A stretch of 64,000 nt of DNA from Chlorokybus atmophyticus. Taxonomy: Eukaryota > Plantae > Mesostigma and Chlorokybus algae. The notes beneath the pieces were generated by a model. The model saw only the letters and a program-made list of their open reading frames with translations, was not told the DNA's origin and searched no databases. The stretch's first letter is position 1; every line of letters starts with the position of its first letter. The position numbers and the translations under genes are program-made. Shown here piece by piece: positions 40,675 through 55,018 of the stretch. The stretch covers positions 422,473 to 486,472 of the forward strand of contig RHPI01003599.1 of the NCBI GenBank assembly GCA_009103225.1, in the 5' to 3' direction.

Positions 40675-43550
40675 CTACCAAAAAAAAAAACCTTGTGCTC
40701 GCGACACATCCTCCGCCACTCTATCCACGCTTAGCGGTTGCACGAGCGTGAACGTCGCGTCGCCGTACCGCCCGCCGTACTGCGCGGACGTGGTGAGGTG
40801 AGTCATCTTGCCGTACACGTCGAAGATGAGGTGCGGCCTCTCGCGACGAGTCAACGATAGTTGTGAGCCATCCGTTAGATCAACCACGCCGCCGTATGCG
40901 TCACCGCCGCCCTTGCCGTAAACCCACTTGATGCCGTCCCTGGATAGAGGCATGTTTGTCATAAGGCAACATGCGTGTGTGCGTGTCCACTTGTTGCTTG
41001 CCTGCTGTACGCGTGGCCGCCGCACACGATGCATCCGTCCATGTGATGAAAGATTGCATGGAAGTTGCCATCGATGTCGAGGTAGACGTACGGGTCTGCG
41101 CATACGACTCAACATTGTAAGACGCGTTGCGTGCATGCAGAGCGTGCAGACTCAGATACGCAACGACACAGTTGCAAGCACATGCACGCACGCCGTGCGT
41201 GTGCATACACAAGTGCCCACGCATTTCAACTCATGCATACTCACACGGATGCACAGATGCGTGTGTATGTGTGCGCGCGCGCACACACAAACACACCCGT
41301 GCAGTGCATTCCAGGTCCATTCGAAGATGCACATGCTTGCGCGCGAGCTTGTGCACACACGCACACGCGCGCACGCATGCGGGCAACCATGCGCACTCGC
41401 AGGCGCACGCTTACTCGCACAACCATGTGCACATGCGCACGAAACCCCACCTTCCGTGCCTATGCCCGCGATGTGTGGAAACAGGTCCCCCCCCTCCTGT
41501 CTGTACGTCCCCGGCTCCCTCCAGTCCCCCGCCCTCGCGACGTGGACACGCGACCCCCGCTCGTCCCAGCTTCGCCACAGACCCACCAGCGAACCGTTGC
41601 GCAGGATCACGGGGGCGAAGTTGGTGTCGACTTGCTGGTGGAGGACCTGGGGAGGAGGAGGGAGTGTGTGGGTGGGGTATGAGAGATACTGCTACTACTA
41701 CTACTGCTGCTTGCCTGTACGGGTGTGGACCAGGGGCCGGTGGGTTTTAGGGACCATGACATGTAGGTGGGGTCGTTGTTGTTGCTGGGGGGGAGGGGGT
41801 GGCTCTTGCGTGGTGGGGCGTCGCAGTCGTGTGGTCCTGCGTGCAAGTGAGTGTGAGCCACAGTACGAACAATGTGTGCGCACGAGTGCCTATGTGCGAG
41901 TGCGCGCTTGCGCTCGCGCGCGTGTGTGCGCAACTGTGAGCACGTGCATGCGTGTGTGCGAGTGGGTGTGCGTGCGCGCATGTGCCATGTCATGCGATCT
42001 GCAAGCACAAGCGGTACCCGTGGACCCGTCCTGGCACTGGCACAGCACCCGTCCGCTCGGCATCTTCGCCGTGAAGTACATGACATACTCTCCTGTCGGC
42101 GCGCGCACCACGTCCGGCTCATGCGCAAACACCGGCCACACCTTTCACAAAGACCACATATTCACCCACCCACCCACGCACCCACCCACATACCCACATA
42201 CCTCTTGTTGGCGTGTGTACGGTCCCGAGGGGTCCCGCGAGGACGCGCGCACGATGCGGGAGTTGAGCTCCCACGCGTTGATGCCGCAGTGGCAAGCCAT
42301 CTCCGCCGCCCACATGTGGTACTCGCCGTTGTCGGCGCGCACCACCGCGCCGCCCCAGGAGGAGACATTGCGACCGGCCTCGACCCAACGGTAACCTGGT
42401 GAGGAGGAGGATGCGAATGTCAGTTAAGAGCATTGAGCGTGCGTGTGCGTGTGTGTGTCGCCGTGTGCATGCGCAGGAGCACACCAGTAGATATGTGCAT
42501 GCATGCGCACATGAACAGCTGCGCGATTCCTTTGTGCACGCTTGCGTGCCCCTGCGTGTGCGTGTGTGCGCGAGTGTACATGCGTGCGCGTGCGCGCGTG
42601 CATGTCCGTGCAAGCGTGCGCACGCGTGCGCACACGAGAGCGTGAGCATGCGCGTGCGTGGGCGTGCGTATGAGTAGTATATGTGACTAGTGTCTGCATC
42701 CTACCCAGTTGTTGTTTGTCGACCGGCAGTAGGTCCAATGCTCCGCAGTCTCCTCCCTTCCATCCCCGGTCGCACGCGCACGCCCCGTTCCGACACTTGC
42801 CGTTCAGCGAGCAGTCCTCGTCGCTCGCGCATGACTCCACGGCCGCAGCGTTGGATGAGGATGATGATGGGAACACCAAGCTGCGGACAAGGTGGTGAAT
42901 ACGAGCGTGCATGTGGTGTTACACACATGCGAACCAAGCAGCATAACCTAACATATCCACGCGAGCACGCACGTGCGTGCTCTTGTCATTTGTTCTATCC
43001 AAACCAAGTGTTGCAGTCAGTGTAGTGTGTGTTGACCTGTTTAGTTTTTTTTCTTGATGCTCCCTTATTACAATGCAACACCAACTACTTTCTAGAACTC
43101 GCAAGGCCACCTCAGATCATTTAGCACAGGCCTTGACACAACGCACTTTGAATCGTGTGTCTGAATTTCCCAGAATGCGCTTGGGATCGCTGTTGGTAGT
43201 TTAGCTGGCAGTTTGGCAAACTCAACAACCTGACCTGCCTTGACTTGCGAAAGAAAGAACACTTGAAACCAACATTGTTCTGTGACGCAAGCATGCACTG
43301 TGAGGCAGGTTGCACTGATTGCTCTTCGGTTTCAAGTGAGCACTGCTGTTCAGCATGCAATTTGATTGACTTAGTTTAGCAAGCATTCACTGCCAAAGTC
43401 AACAAGCACACTCTGCATGTGTGTAACCGCACGCCCATACCTGCCTCCGTCTTGCAGCACCGTCCCTCGCAACGCCGCCGAGGCCGCCGCCTCGGACACC
43501 ACCAGCGCCCACAACAGCAACCATGACGGTGCCAACGACCTGCGCTCCAT
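40675..43550 (-). CDS. Secreted protein: signal peptide, EGF-like domain and GH43/arabinanase-like five-bladed beta-propeller
   Basis: MERRSLAPSWLLLWALVVSEAAASA; CASDEDCSLNGKCRNGACACDRGWKGGDC; SSWGGAV, FAHEPDV, NFAPVIL, EDPYVYLD, GGHAYSRDG, RRERPHL; 3' end uncertain. Confidence 0.82.
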
Positions 43551-43795
43551 CGTCCCCCGCCTGGCCTGGCCTGGCCTGGCCTGGCCTGGTCGAGCCTGTG
43601 GCCTGATCAGGCCACCAGTGGCAAATTTTCATGCAAATGCGCTGACTTTCCGCGGCGGCGGAGGAGGATCAGGCGGCTGCGGCGGCGGCGGCGGAGGAGG
43701 AGGAGGAGGAGGTGGTGGTGGTGGTGGAGGACAAAGAGGGGTGGTGTTCAAAGAGTAGTAGAGTAGTGGGTTCAGTCAGCCAGCAGCGTTTCAGC

Positions 43796-45758
<1,963 letters not shown>

Positions 45759-46245
45759 CAGAGACATGTTGTTGGCGTAGACATTAGGCATGTGCATCGC
45801 ATGATGCAGGTATGTTGTTTCTGTACAGTTATTGGGCGGTTGTATCTGCCAAGCGACAAGTACTGGCATTGGTTTGTGTGCTGGACACATAACGTTGTAA
45901 CAGATTGTTGCAAGTTTTGGCGTACACTCTGGATGCTGATGAAGTTGAGACATTGTCGCTGTGTTGTTCGCAATCAAGCCATTTGCAACTTACAGCATTT
46001 GTTGAAGCGAACGATGCATTTCGGCAGTTAACGTATCGGGTGCCTGGAAAGTTGGGCAAGCTGCGATACATGCATATATACAATGGTTGGCAACGCTGAA
46101 TGCCACATAATCAACTAATTTGATGTGGAAGAACAACCGCAAGTCAACTTGTTGCGGTCCCACTGCCATTGCTTGCTAAAGGTGCACTACTCAGGTTGTC
46201 ACTAGCTGAAAATGGCTTGTAGCAGAGGTAGATCAGGGAGGATTA

Positions 46246-47167
46246 CTACAACTTCAGCGCTGCCAGATTTCGCCGACACGATGGAATGCGCTGAGAAGCA
46301 CAACACTCTATTGCAGGGGAGCACATGTGTTTGAACAAAATCTGCAATCGATACGGTTCTGAGTATGACGGCTTGCTTACAAGTACAAAGCCGTTATAAG
46401 GCATGCGTGTCTCTGAAGACCACAGAGTGCCCTCGTGCAGTAGCGCGTGCTCATCAAATGTCACCCTAAACAGAAAGCAACCAGGCCATTGCTGTCCAGA
46501 CTGCAGAGTAGGAGTAAAGTGCCAAAACCCATATGCCAGTTGTTTGGGAGGCAGAAAATACGATCCGAACCAAAGGCTGGCATGAACTTGCGCGTCAACA
46601 CGTCTCAAAATGCCATCGCTCCTGTGCAATTGAAACAGCCCAGGGATGGTCTTGTGCATGAATGTCCGCAGCTTGTCCTCAGCCGCTTCCAAGGCAAAGC
46701 TGCTACGGCGAGTGGGCGGTGTGTGTGTCGATATGACAAGGCCCCCATTGTGCGTTTCCATGGACCTGTGAGGCTTCTTCTCCGACGCAGAGCCGGAACA
46801 AGAAGGTATCTGTCGCCATCATGCAATATGCAAAAGAACACGCAGCTTTCGTGGCTCTGTGTCTGATCCGGATCCGAAAGTACTGAAAGAGGTTGTAACA
46901 GCTGCGCACGTGCTCCATCAGCCCTGGGAATTCCGGTCCAGTGCTCCTTGTGGTGTGCAGCTTCAACTGCGAGAGTGGTCTGTTTCCATTCTTGTTGACG
47001 CAGCGCATGCACGCCAGGTCCCTCGTGCAGAGCTTACTGAGGATGAGCTGCAGAAGGTCAAAGTTCTCCAGCACCTGAGCTTGGCTCGAGTGTGCTAGAT
47101 TTGGGTTGAAGTGGACATTGGCAGCAGCGAATTGAGCAGCCCTCCTGGCTGCACTCCTGGTCTGCAT
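46246..47167 (-). pseudogene. F-box family paralog A, frameshifted
   Basis: MQTRSAARR..QVLENFDLLQLILSKLCTRDLACMRCVN; homology to paralog C is split over three frames (ESCVFFCILHDGDRYLLVP; PPTRRSSFALEAAEDK..LFQLHRSDG). Confidence 0.8.
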
Positions 47168-47363
47168 TGTTCCTCTCTGCAAAACGGAGTCCTTGCTTCA
47201 TGACATGCACTTGAAGCCTGATTGAAGCGATACGCCCAAAGTCAGGCGTATGGCTTCAGTCAGGCTTCATTGGTGAAGGGCCATCATATGGAGCTGCTGC
47301 GTTGGCAGTAAATATGAATCGCATTGCCTTCTCACCACTGGCCAAAGAGCAGCACAGTGTTCC

Positions 47364-47391
47364 AGCTATCGTGCCAGCTGGCACGATAGCT
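47364..47391. repeat. Perfect 28-bp palindrome (no loop) inside an imperfect 58-bp one (47349-47406)
   Basis: AGCTATCGTGCCAG|CTGGCACGATAGCT. Confidence 0.92.
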
Positions 47392-48391
47392 TCAACACTG
47401 TACTGCATGCAGCTGAGGACTTCGCAGCAACGCGCAACATTTCTAGGAATCATCGTCGTTCACAACTGGCAACTCAGTCACAGTGCTGCTTGCAAGACAT
47501 GTTTGCTTCTTTGATAGCGCTTGACCGTACTGCCATCAAGCACGGTTTGTGAAACCGCTGCTAGGCAACTGTGGCTTGACAGCTGCAGCTATCATACACA
47601 CTCATCACAACCCTGAAGCACTACATCAAGGACTTACAACCGGCTTCAAGCACACTGTCAACACATAGCAGTCTACCAACCTTCGCCAGCAGTCGAAGCT
47701 CCGCAGTCCCATCTGCAGTGGTGATGACAGCACCGCTGCCTCTGCCCTTACCACGCTTGCTGGCAGGCCCGCTCCACGCACACTGGCAGCCTTGGCTTCA
47801 CATGCTCCCGTTCACCGCAGCATGCTAGGCATCATCATTACCAACGCCACCGCACCGCCTTGCGCATGCCCTACCACCGCCTCGTTGCCGAGGCAGCCAA
47901 AGCAACGTTCCAACCCCTGCTGCAGCCCCAGCTTGGGTCCCCGCCACCGCCGCCGGCAGCGCTGCCGGTGCTAGCTCAGCACAGCACTCCAGAGCAAAGC
48001 TGTGTGAAGCTGCTGTGCTTGCGACATACAACACACAGCTTGCTGCCACCATGCATGCGCAACTTCAGAACGCTTGCGCAACTTCAGAACGCTTGCGCAT
48101 GCATGGTTCAGAAGTCGGGGAGTCACAATCGTTTCTTACTTATGACTTATGACTTGCAAAGCTTGCATGTGCAGCAAACAATGCTTGTCCTGAAGGGAAT
48201 CTTTTCGTGCCAACCCACACTTGATATGTACACTGACTGTCGCGTACGTGTGGAAATCTGAACAGCATATGGTTTGCATGTGCAACCTCCCTAGTATTGC
48301 CAGCACGTGCAAGCTGAAGAACGTCCGAGACAAAAGGCTTGCGACTCCGTATGGTTTGCTGCATGTGCAAGTGGTTGCAAGTGCATGTGCA

Positions 48392-48458
48392 TGTGCAAGC
48401 ACTCTGAAGCTTGCCATGCATGTGACACATGCATGGCAAGCTTCAGAGTGCTTGCACA
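48392..48458. repeat. Perfect palindrome, 33-bp arms, 1-nt loop
   Basis: TGTGCAAGCACTCTGAAGCTTGCCATGCATGTG-A-CACATGCATGGCAAGCTTCAGAGTGCTTGCACA. Confidence 0.95.
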
Positions 48459-49314
48459 AGCATGGCAATTGCATGGCGGCAACAAGCTGTGTGTGGCAAA
48501 AGTTGCACAGCACAGCACAGCAGCTTAGCGCATAGCACCATCACGGCATGCTTTGCTCTGGAGTGCTGTGCTGGGGCGGTGGCGCCGGCGACGGCGGCGG
48601 CGGCCGCGGGGCCAGCTGGGCGCAAGCGACAGAAATGTTGTTGATTTCCTTGGAGGAGGAGGCGGTGGGAGATGAGGTGGCGATCGTGATGACCTTGCGT
48701 GCTGCTGTGACGGGAGCATGCGCCCAGGCTATCAGTGCGTGTGCGAGCGGGACGACAACTAGCGTGGTAGGGCAACGTCAGTCGTGCTGTCATCGCTACC
48801 TTGGCTAGGGCCGTTGAGCCTCAAAGCTGGCCAATGTTGGTAGACTGCTATTCAACAGTTGTTGTCGGAGCCTCCGTCAGTCTCTGGGACAATCAGCCTG
48901 AAGCTGTTTCTTCAAGTGCTTGCTGTCGTCCTTTAGATTTGCCAAGATTGAGGAGGGCATTACGGGCAAGTGCTCATCAGCTAAAGGTAAATGTGTCTTG
49001 CACTTTACAACTGTGACTGAGCTGCCAGAACAATAGGCTACTACGAAGTCTTTGTTTGCATGCTATCAATAATTGCATGACATTACAGTGCAGCACAGTG
49101 TGCCAGCTGGCACCACGATGGCTGGCACACTGGCACTAGTCGCTCTGAAGCTAGTGCTTGCAAAGCAACGGCGAGTAAGCTCTACTACCAGTGTAGCAGC
49201 TTCATCAAGTTGCACTCCATCAGTCAAACAATCACTTGAATGCAGTCACACCTGGCATGGGAAATAATCGCTTGTCGGTAAATAATAAAGACTCTATGTC
49301 ATGCAGTGAGGGAA

Positions 49315-50269
49315 ATGCAGACCAGGAGTGCAGCCAGGAGGGCTGCTCAATTCACTGCTTCCAATGCCCATCTGATACCAAGTCTAGCCAATTCTTGCCA
49401 AGCTCAGGTGATGGAGAACTCAGACCTTCTGCAGCTCATTCTCAGTAAGCTCAGCCCGAGGGACCTGGAGTGCATGCGCTGCGTTGCGTCAACCAAGAAT
49501 GAACCGAGCCGCCCTCATAGTTGAAGCTGCACACAACATACAGCGCTGGCCTGAGTTCCCAGGGCTCAAGGAGCACATGCGCCGCTGCTATAGCTATTTG
49601 CAGTATCTTGCGAGACTGCCACAACGCCAAGGTTTGGGCTGGAATCCGGACTCGGAAAGCTGCCTGTTCTTCTGCGTGTTGCATGATGGCGACGATTATC
49701 TTATGGTCCCGGCCGTGAAAGAGGCTGCGCGTCGTCAGAAACCTGCACGCAGGCCCGTTCCCGGTACAATAGGTTATGTTGGGGTAGGACTTGTCATAGG
49801 GACACGCACACCGCCCACTCGCCGCAGCGACTTCACCTTGGAACCAGCTTGGGACAAGTTGCAGGCATTCATGCAGAAGACCATCCCGGCCCTACTCCAG
49901 TTGCACAGAAGCGATGGCAGTCTGAGACGCGTTGACGCGCAAGTTTGGGCCACACTTTCGTATAAACTCAGCTTTGTGGAGCCGAACAACTTGGCGTGGC
50001 GTTCTTGACACTTTTCTCCTACTCCGCGGTCTGGACAGCAACGTCTTGGTCGCTTTTATATGATGGTGAAGTTCACTAGAGCACGCGCAGCTGCAGGAGG
50101 GCCACTTGGGGCCTTCAAGTACACGTATGCCCTGTCACGGCTATGCCCTGGTGAGCAAGCCGTCAACTTCAGAAGTGCATTGAGTGCAGAGCTAGGGATT
50201 GAACACATGTGGTCCCTGAGATTTGCTGTTGCATTTGACATCGGCCAAAAGCTGCAGCATCATTTCTGA
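49315..50269 (+). pseudogene. F-box family paralog B, frameshifted
   Basis: MQTRSAARR..QVMENSDLLQLILSKLSPRDLECMRCV, then a TGCGT duplication shifts the frame; WPEFPGLKEHMRRCY, ESCLFFCVLHDGD, LLQLHRSDGSLRRVDAQV continue in another frame. Confidence 0.8.
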
Positions 50270-50521
50270 AGCTGTAGTGATCCTCCGTTGCCCTCTGCTG
50301 CAAGCCAATGTCATCTATTGACAACCAGTAGTACATCATCGGCACTCGTTGACAAGGGTGCTGTAACAGTTGAAGCTGCCATTGTTCTCCATCTCCATTT
50401 CAGTTGGTCGTTCAGCAATCAGCATTTCCAATGACTACATCGCGGCTTGCGCATACTGCCTAGCACCTGATGCGTTGATTGCCATTGTTACCTAGTGCGC
50501 CACTTGCAGTTACTAACTACA

Positions 50522-50546
50522 ATGTAGTACCATCATGGTACTACAT
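50522..50546. repeat. Perfect palindrome, 12-bp arms, 1-nt loop
   Basis: ATGTAGTACCAT-C-ATGGTACTACAT. Confidence 0.9.
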
Positions 50547-52807
50547 ATGATACTACAGCACTCTATGTGGAATAGTGTTGGTGGCACAAGGGAACTGCAC
50601 AGGACTAACTTAACTAGTCATTAACCACGGTACGACATGATGTTGTACCAGCACCTCGCCGCAAGTGGTTGGTGGTCTTGATAAATCAAGTAACGAGCTT
50701 ATACCATACGTAGTGTCGGCTAATATCAACAGGCCTACTACTAGTTGCTAGTATTTACAGTGCGCCCATCTGTAGCGAGCTGTGACAATCACACGACAGT
50801 CACATACTCCTCACACATTCCGCCAACTGGCACTTCCACGCAACACATTGTGCTTTGCATGAGCGTGATGCATCTTGCATCTTTTATACACTCCCACGCG
50901 TCACACCGTGCTATGTAACTAAGCACACCACAGACACGCACAGTCTGCTCGGTCGTCACCGCTGTCGCCAGCCCTCCGATAGTCCAAGTACCTCCAGTAG
51001 TACTACTAGTAGCCACATTAGTAGTGGTAGCAGCAGCAACAGCAACAGCCTGTTGTCTGCTGCTGAGCAGGAGAGCTAGTACTAACAAGAGGAGCAATAG
51101 TAGCAACTGCAGAGCTAACAACGATGTGTCGTACACAGTCAACCAGGGTCGTTTGCAACGTTGAGCCCGAGCAACAACGGTAGTAGCAACTGTACTGGTG
51201 GTACCGGTGGTGGTGGTGGTGGTGGTGGTAGTCGGTGGGCCCAAGTAAACGGCCACTAAAAGTCGCAAGCAAAAGTGATCTTGAGGCTTTGCACTCCAAC
51301 AGTTGCCGCTGCTTGCCTGGCAGTCTGATATGCATGCTTACACAGCAAGGATGCACCACAATGGTAGCCTGCGTTGCTTGATACACTTGCTGGCTTCACA
51401 CGCACTTCGAGTGTCCGAGAGTACTAGTGTCCGTCAACAACAAAAGCATTCCAACAGCAAAGTCAGTCTAACAACCTGTACTTGTAGTGGCTCAGCTTCC
51501 AACCAAAGGTCACAGCCAGTCAGGGTGATAGCACACCACTGGCCCTACCGCAATAGTGGCACGCTGTACATATACTAGTGCTAATGCTAGTTTTGTCACC
51601 AAACTCTGGATTTGAGCACAGCCCTGTTCGTGGTATCATCTATAGAACACGCAGCCGAGTTGATGTCCGGCCTAAGGCAATTCTGCAGCACATTGAGCGT
51701 TTGGGCGATGAGCTCTACAATGGTGAGATGTGGGCAAGCGTGCTAAATGCATGTACGCTGCCACGTGGGCAAGTGCAAGCTTGAGAGCGTTTGCGCTTGC
51801 ACATGTACATGCAGCAAGCTAGCAGGCGCTTGCACACGCATGCTTTGTTATCTCATGCACGGTGACAAGTACATGATGGCAACAAGTTGCTAGCTGTGTT
51901 GTATCCTATAAGTTGGCAATCGCAGGACCGCACAGCACAGCAGCTGAGCATGCTTGCTCTGGAGTGCTGTGCTGAGCTGCTGGTGGTGGTGGCGGCGGCG
52001 GCGCGGCGAGCTGGGCTGCAGCCTCAAACGGTTGGAATGGCTTTGGCTGCTGGAGACGGTGGGGTGGGGTTTGCGCAAGGCTGTGCTGCGGCGATCGTGA
52101 TGAACTTGCCTTCTGCGGTGACGGAAGCATGCGGCGCCCAGGCTACCAGTGCGTGTGTGAAGCGGGCTGACAACTAGCAAGGTAGGGGCGGAGGCACCGG
52201 TGCTATCATCACCACTTGGGTGGGGACTGCTGTCCAAGGTTGGTAGACTGCTGTTGTCAAAAGACACTGTGCTTGAGGCCGCTTCCTAACCTTGTCGTTG
52301 TCGTCCTTCAGCTTTGTCGGTGTTGAGTATGGCAGCTGCGGCTGGCAAGCAAAATTAGCCTAGCAGTGGTTTGTGCTTGATGGCAATGCGGTCAAGCGTT
52401 AGTCGTCCTTGTAGTCGACAATGTCTTGCGGCTTTGCGAATTGCGACTGACGCCTAGCAATCATCATTGTCCTACATGGCCAACAAGAGTTTGTGTTGAC
52501 AAACTAGCATTGGGTTGGCGTTGTACGACATTCTCGTTTGCATGCAGTACAGTGTACCAGCTGGCACCACAACAGCTGGCGCACTGTACTGGCATCCGGG
52601 TTAGCCGTTAGCTAGTGGGGACAAAGCAACGGGGAATAAGGTCTACTGCCAAGTAGCAGCTTCAGTAAATGGTGCGGCTCCGTCAATGAAGCAGTACGCC
52701 AAACTTCCGTCAAGCATAGGGCTTCGGTCAGGCTTCAACTGCATGTCATTGTAAGGACTCTGCGTTATGGTTCATTGTAAAGACTCTGTGCTATGCAGAG
52801 AGGCACA

Positions 52808-53607
52808 ATGCAGACCTGAAGTGCAGACAGGAAGACTGCTCAGAGTGCGGCTGCCAACATCCACCTGAATCACCACATCTAGCAGACTCAAGCCAGGCAC
52901 AGGTGTTGGAGGACTCGGACCTTCTACAGCTCATCCTCAGCAAGCTCTCCCCAAGGGAGCTGGCGCGCATGCGCTGCGTCAACAGCGAATGGAACCGGAC
53001 CGCTCTCGCAGTTGAAGCTGAGCATTACAAGGAGCACTGGCCTGAGTTCCCAGGGCTGAAGGAGCACGTGCGCAGCTGTAACAACCTTTTTCACAACCTG
53101 CCACAACCGACACAGAGCCGCGAAAGCTGCCTGTTCTTCTGCGTGTTGCATAATGGCGACAGATACCTTCTGGTCCCGGCTGTGCGGCATAACAAGCCTG
53201 CACGCAGGCTCATTGTGACAGACGATGGGGCAGGCCTTATTATTAACATGCACAAACCGCCCACTCGCCGCAGCGGCTTCGCCTTGAAAGCGGCTGAGGA
53301 CCAATTTCGGTCCTTCATGGTGAAGACCGTCCCCGGGCTATTCCAACTGCACAAAAGCGATGGCAGTCTGGGACGCGTTGACGCGCAAGTGTATGCCAAT
53401 CCTTGCTTCACACATGTGGGACTTGGAGTGTGGCACTTCTTTCCAAATTTGCGGTCTGGACAGCAACGGCATGGTTGCCTTATGTTTGCGGTGGGGTTGA
53501 CTGAGCATGCGCCGCTGCAGCAGGGCACTCTGACACAATCAGGTACAACCGTTCCCCTTGCTGGTTATGTAGTTGTGAGCGAGCCGTCAACTTTGCAAGC
53601 GTCATAA
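52808..53607 (+). pseudogene. F-box family paralog C: N-terminus disrupted, remaining 234 codons open
   Basis: ATG CAG ACC TGA (stop at codon 4) plus a frameshift before QVLEDSDLLQLILSKLSPRELARMRCVNSEW; open from 52903 to 53607. Confidence 0.75.
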
Positions 53608-53974
53608 GTGCAGATTATGGATCAAAACCCATGCGCTTCCATGTGACTGTTGCACCTATGCATGTTCATTGCCGTTTCGCATTGTATGTACATATCAACT
53701 CAGCACACCACATGCATGCGTTCACATATAACACCACCGGGCTACATGTTAGCCTAGCTACTCACTAAGCACGACACTAATTACCACTTACCTGTTAGAC
53801 ATCATGCAGCGCATGCATGGCAATTCATAGTCTTTACCTGCACGCATGTGCAGGTAGTTAGTGTACAAAAGATGGAGTGCTGATAAGACGGCATGCAAGG
53901 GGTCATAAGCATGAGACATGCATGTAGTCATGCACACGCCGCAAGCAAACAGTCAGCAGCAGTCACAGTGCTAT

Positions 53975-54215
53975 TTCACCACCGGGCTAGGTACTTCTAA
54001 CGCACTCCACTACCACTACTTGGCTACCCCGTTAGTCATGCATGCATGCATGTATGTTCCATTATCACCTGTGGTACGGCTGTGGTAGCGGTCAGCCTTG
54101 CAGCTTCCACGACAGCAGTAGTCTCAACAAACTCCCCCCTCTCTCCCCCTTGCCGCCGCCAGCTCACTTAACGCACTGCCATCACTTAGCAGCCGCTTAG
54201 TCGTTAGGGTTTCAC
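53975..54215 (+). repeat. Diverged copy of the telo-box unit downstream of paralog C
   Basis: Shares CACCACCGGG, CTACCCCGTTAG.CATGCA and GTCGTTAGGGTTT (54200-54212) with the reverse complement of the two copies below. Confidence 0.65.
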
Positions 54216-54699
54216 ATGCATACGTCAGCATGACATCACACTAGCCAGGCAGGCTATCGCTGTGTATGTAGTAATCCTCTTTACCCCTACCTTTGCATAC
54301 AAGCCCTTCTCAGCTGGTCGCAACCAGAGTAACCATTGGTAGTAATTGGCAATGGTGCTGCAATGGTTTGGGTTGCAGCATTGTTCTTCCACTTCAAATG
54401 GTTGGTTAGCACTTAGCCTTGCCAACTATGTACTTGGCCGGCAGCTCGCCCAGAGTACCAGTCATAGATATGTTGGATACCATACTGGCCAGTTAATGAG
54501 TCAACTTGTTGACTGGTAGCTGCGTGGTGCAACCTGCGTGGTCAAAGTTTGACCAAGCGCTATAAGCGGAATAGGGTAGCCTAAGTGGACTGCACAGGAC
54601 ACTGTGCAGCATCTGGACAAGCACCACACCCAAAGTGGTTGGCGCTGTCTTGTTGAACGCAGACAAAGATTAAAAACAGAGACAGGGACAGGGAGCGCG

Positions 54700-55018
54700 G
54701 CATGCATGCTGCGCGCCAATGGGCGCAAACCCTAACGACGCAACCACAGCAGGGTGGATGGCGTAGTTGTGGGTGCAGGAGGAGGGGGAGTCCGTTGGCT
54801 GCTGCCTCGGCAAAGACTGGGCCGCTAAACCAACGGTCGTTGTGCAGGTGAACACATGTGCATGTGCATGCTTGCATGGCTAACGGGGTAGTAAGTTTAG
54901 TGTAGTGTGTTACGTAGTGAATGAACCCGGTGGTCAACCTTACAATGGTGTTGTTGGTATGCATTATGTCACTCTGCATGCTGCTGACGGTGCATGCCAC
55001 TATGCATGTGCATTTTCG
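54700..55018 (-). repeat. Telo-box/Y-patch unit, copy 2
   Basis: Near-identical to 55447-55791; AAACCCTAA at 54727-54735. Confidence 0.9.

Noticed and set aside
41100-42700. Many overlapping 150-490 aa ORFs rich in C, A, R, H, V and T
   Set aside because: Products of (CA)/(GCAC)-rich introns of the minus-strand GH43-like gene.
50300-51600. B-C spacer with (TAG)/(GGT) runs, considered as a third copy of the 1.5-kb element or as a gene (ORF 50789-51268)
   Set aside because: Lacks the CGGCCG/GGTACC subterminal arrays; the ORF is low-complexity with a non-ATG start.
52817-52819. In-frame TGA at codon 4 of paralog C as possible selenocysteine or readthrough
   Set aside because: Paralogs have Arg here, and a frameshift plus a second stop follow before the F-box, so decay is the simpler explanation.
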